A stretch of DNA of 64,000 bases from assembly GCF_964204645.1 (NCBI RefSeq), contig NC_134032.1, positions 2,628,175 through 2,692,174 on the forward strand, written 5' to 3'. A program made the position numbers and the translations under genes. Source of the stretch: Tubulanus polymorphus. Lineage: Eukaryota > Animalia > Nemertea. The notes under the pieces are model-generated. The model was not told the DNA's origin, did no database searches, and saw nothing but the letters and a program-made list of their open reading frames with translations. Shown piece by piece: positions 61,530 to 64,000 of the stretch; position 1 is the stretch's first letter; every line of letters starts with the position of its first letter.

Positions 61530-63065
61530 TTTCCACTTGTGTAATTATTGTGCAGATTTGAATTTCAATGTTGTTTATTAATCATGACTCATGTGTAGGA
61601 GGTTATGGTATATCAGAGTTTCTTATTTGGATGGGTCTTGCAATTTCATAGTGTCATAGTGTCGTCAGTTGGTAATGTCGTTTAATGCTGTCCACATGCG
61701 TAATTATTGTACAGATTTGAATGTCGATGTTGTTCATTCGTCATGACTCATATTTGTAGGAGCTTATAGTTTGTTATGTAACTGGAGTGGTGTGTGGATG
61801 TATAGGTGGTTTTTATTTTATAAGCGTACGTTATGTGGAATGTCCTATGTGGATATAGGGTCAGGGGGTGTTATTAGTGGGGGTGATGTGTTTGTAGTGA
61901 ATATTTCGATTATCAGAGTTTCCTATTTGAATGGGTCTTGTAATTTCATAGTGCGATAATGTCTTAGTTAGTAATAGGTTTATGTAGTTAATTCTGTCCA
62001 CTTGCATAATTATTGTACACATTTCAATTTCGATGTTGTATATGTAGGAGGTTATGGTATGTGCTGTTATTGGCGTGTGGTGTGTATGTTTAAGTGGGTT
62101 ATAATATTTCGTTATGCGAAGTCTCCTATGTCAATATATGTAGGAGAATCAGGCGTGTTATTTAAGGGGGGCGGTTGTGTATGTAGTGAATGTTTTGATT
62201 AGCAGATTCTCCAATGCAGATATATATAGTAGGGTCAGGTGGATATGTTTGTAGGGGTGTTGTGTATTTGGTGTGAATGTTTCAATTAACAGAGTCATAA
62301 TGTCATAGTGTAGTGTGTTAGTGTGTTGGTAATACGTTTGCATAATTATTGTGCACATTGAATTTTGATGTTGTTTATTTATAATGACTGAGATGTGTAG
62401 GATGTTATGGTTTGTGCTGTTATTGGCGTGTTGTGTGTATGATTAAGTGGGTTATAATATTTCGTTCTGTGAACCTCCTATGTTGATATATGTAGGAGGG
62501 TCAGGCAGATTTAGATCTTAGGAAGAGAGTTCAAGTATCCGAATAACCATAGAAGCGATAACATTAATAACCTCATTTTCTAATGAGTAAATACAGTTTA
62601 TAAACTGTATTTACTCATTAGAAAATGAGGTTTTTAATGTTATCGCTTTTATGGTTATTCAGGCAGATTTGTTTATAGGGGAGTTGTGTGCTGGTGCAAA
62701 TGTAGTAAATGTTTCGATTATCAGAGTCTCCTATTTGGATGGGTTTTGTAATGTTATAATATGATAATGTCACAAGTTGGTAATAGGTTTATGTTGTTTA
62801 ATTCTGTCCACTTGTACACATTTGAATTTCGATGTTGTTTGCTTATCATGACACATGTGTAGGAGGTTATGGTACTGGGTTGTGTAAATGTGTATGGGAG
62901 GTTATAATATTTCGTTCTGTAGAGTCTCCTCTGCGAATATATGTCAGAGGGTGACGCGTATTAATGAAGCAGGGTGTTGTGTAGTGGTGTGTATGTAGTG
63001 TATGTTTTGATTTCGATATGTGGAAACATCTATGTGGATGTATATAGGAGGGTCAGGTGTGTTAC
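61530..63065. repeat. Degenerate long-period tandem array
   Basis: ATTATTGT.CA.ATTTGAATTTC.ATGTTGT...TGTAGGAGGTTATGGT recurs near 61543, 61702, 62008, 62343 and 62812. Confidence 0.75.
62513..62658. mobile_element. Palindromic Penelope-like insertion with 12-bp target duplication
   Basis: Fold-back centred on TTTATAAA (~62592); TCAGGCAGATTT at 62501-62512 and 62659-62670; arms match 31446-31512. Confidence 0.7.
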
Positions 63066-64000
63066 AAAGTGGGGTTTTGTATATACAGGCATGTGTAGTT
63101 ATGATTTTAATTTTATGTGACCTTTATGTGAATTCATTTATGAGTGACAGGGTTTATATTTTAGTGTTTTTGAAGATTGTGTGACAATAGTAAATGGGTA
63201 AATTGATGTACCTAGTTTCTAGGGAATGAAACAGTGTGTATTTGGAATTGATATGTTGTTAAGTAACAGTGGTATAAGCTGGGGAAAGTATGTAGATAGT
63301 TGTAATGGGGCATGAATGATATTTGACATTGTGATTGATATGTAGCAATGTAACAGTAAGATATGGTGGTGGATGTATATATCTAGCTGTCATGGGGATG
63401 AAGCAGTCACTGTGTGGAATGGATGTGTTGGAATGTAACAGCTATGTACAGTGTACAAAATGAGTATTATTTCATGCTGGGGGATATTGATGCGTTGTTG
63501 CCATAGGTTTTGATGTGATAACACTGTACATATATTACCACCATTAATATTACTAAACACATATGTACAGTCTTATGAATGATTATGTATGGAACTGTAT
63601 GAAGGATTGTATTGAATATATAGGAAATGGTAATTGATCATGTAGCAATCATTTGTGGCGATGTATGTATTTTGTATTGTGCAGTGAGATAGTATTCAGA
63701 AATGTTTGTAATCAATGTTGTGGGATGAAATATAAATAAAAGGTGGATGGTATGATGATATGTGTTGTGTATAATTATTGTTTCCAAATTTGGTGCTTAT
63801 CCCCATATGCTTGGCCAAGTTCTGATGTCATTTACTACATTGTCCCTGGCAAGGATTTGAGCTTGATGGCATGGCGACTGCCACAGTACAATGGGGTTCC
63901 TGCAGTGCTGCTGTGGCAATTGAGGATTCCACTCATAGCTAGTGACAATCCGCCAGGTTGCTAGTAAGTAGTTCGTCATTCGCCAGTGCGACATATGAAA

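Overview
AT-rich, intron-containing animal genomic DNA, probably an invertebrate (lophotrochozoan-like gene content; taxon cannot be fixed from sequence alone), dominated by transposons. Host-type genes: a 10-exon secreted TSP1/EGF/C-type-lectin gene (4042-12960, +, one 1-bp frameshift), an intronless class A GPCR (16352-17365, -) and a spliced CAP-EGF-mucin gene (33533-37501, +). Mobile elements: a TTAA-flanked Kolobok transposon (23082-30353) with an internally deleted THAP transposase and an intact KolX gene; a large degenerating Helentron (from ~40911; tegument-type DUB, OTU, Rep, PIF1, AP endonuclease); a related non-autonomous Helentron element; LINE, BEL/Pao, PIF1 and Penelope-like remnants; several MITEs; and an intact 5-exon OB-fold (RPA-like) gene at 59363-61309. 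The most striking object is a 2543-bp insertion (26645-29187) with perfect 61-bp TGT...ACA inverted termini and a 4-bp target duplication. It packages a Gypsy LTR-PBS-gag joined to an uninterrupted reading frame resembling a negative-strand RNA virus nucleoprotein (qinvirus-like, recognised from memory and needing a search). It sits in the last codons of KolX, so KolX transcription would read the virus-like sequence antisense.
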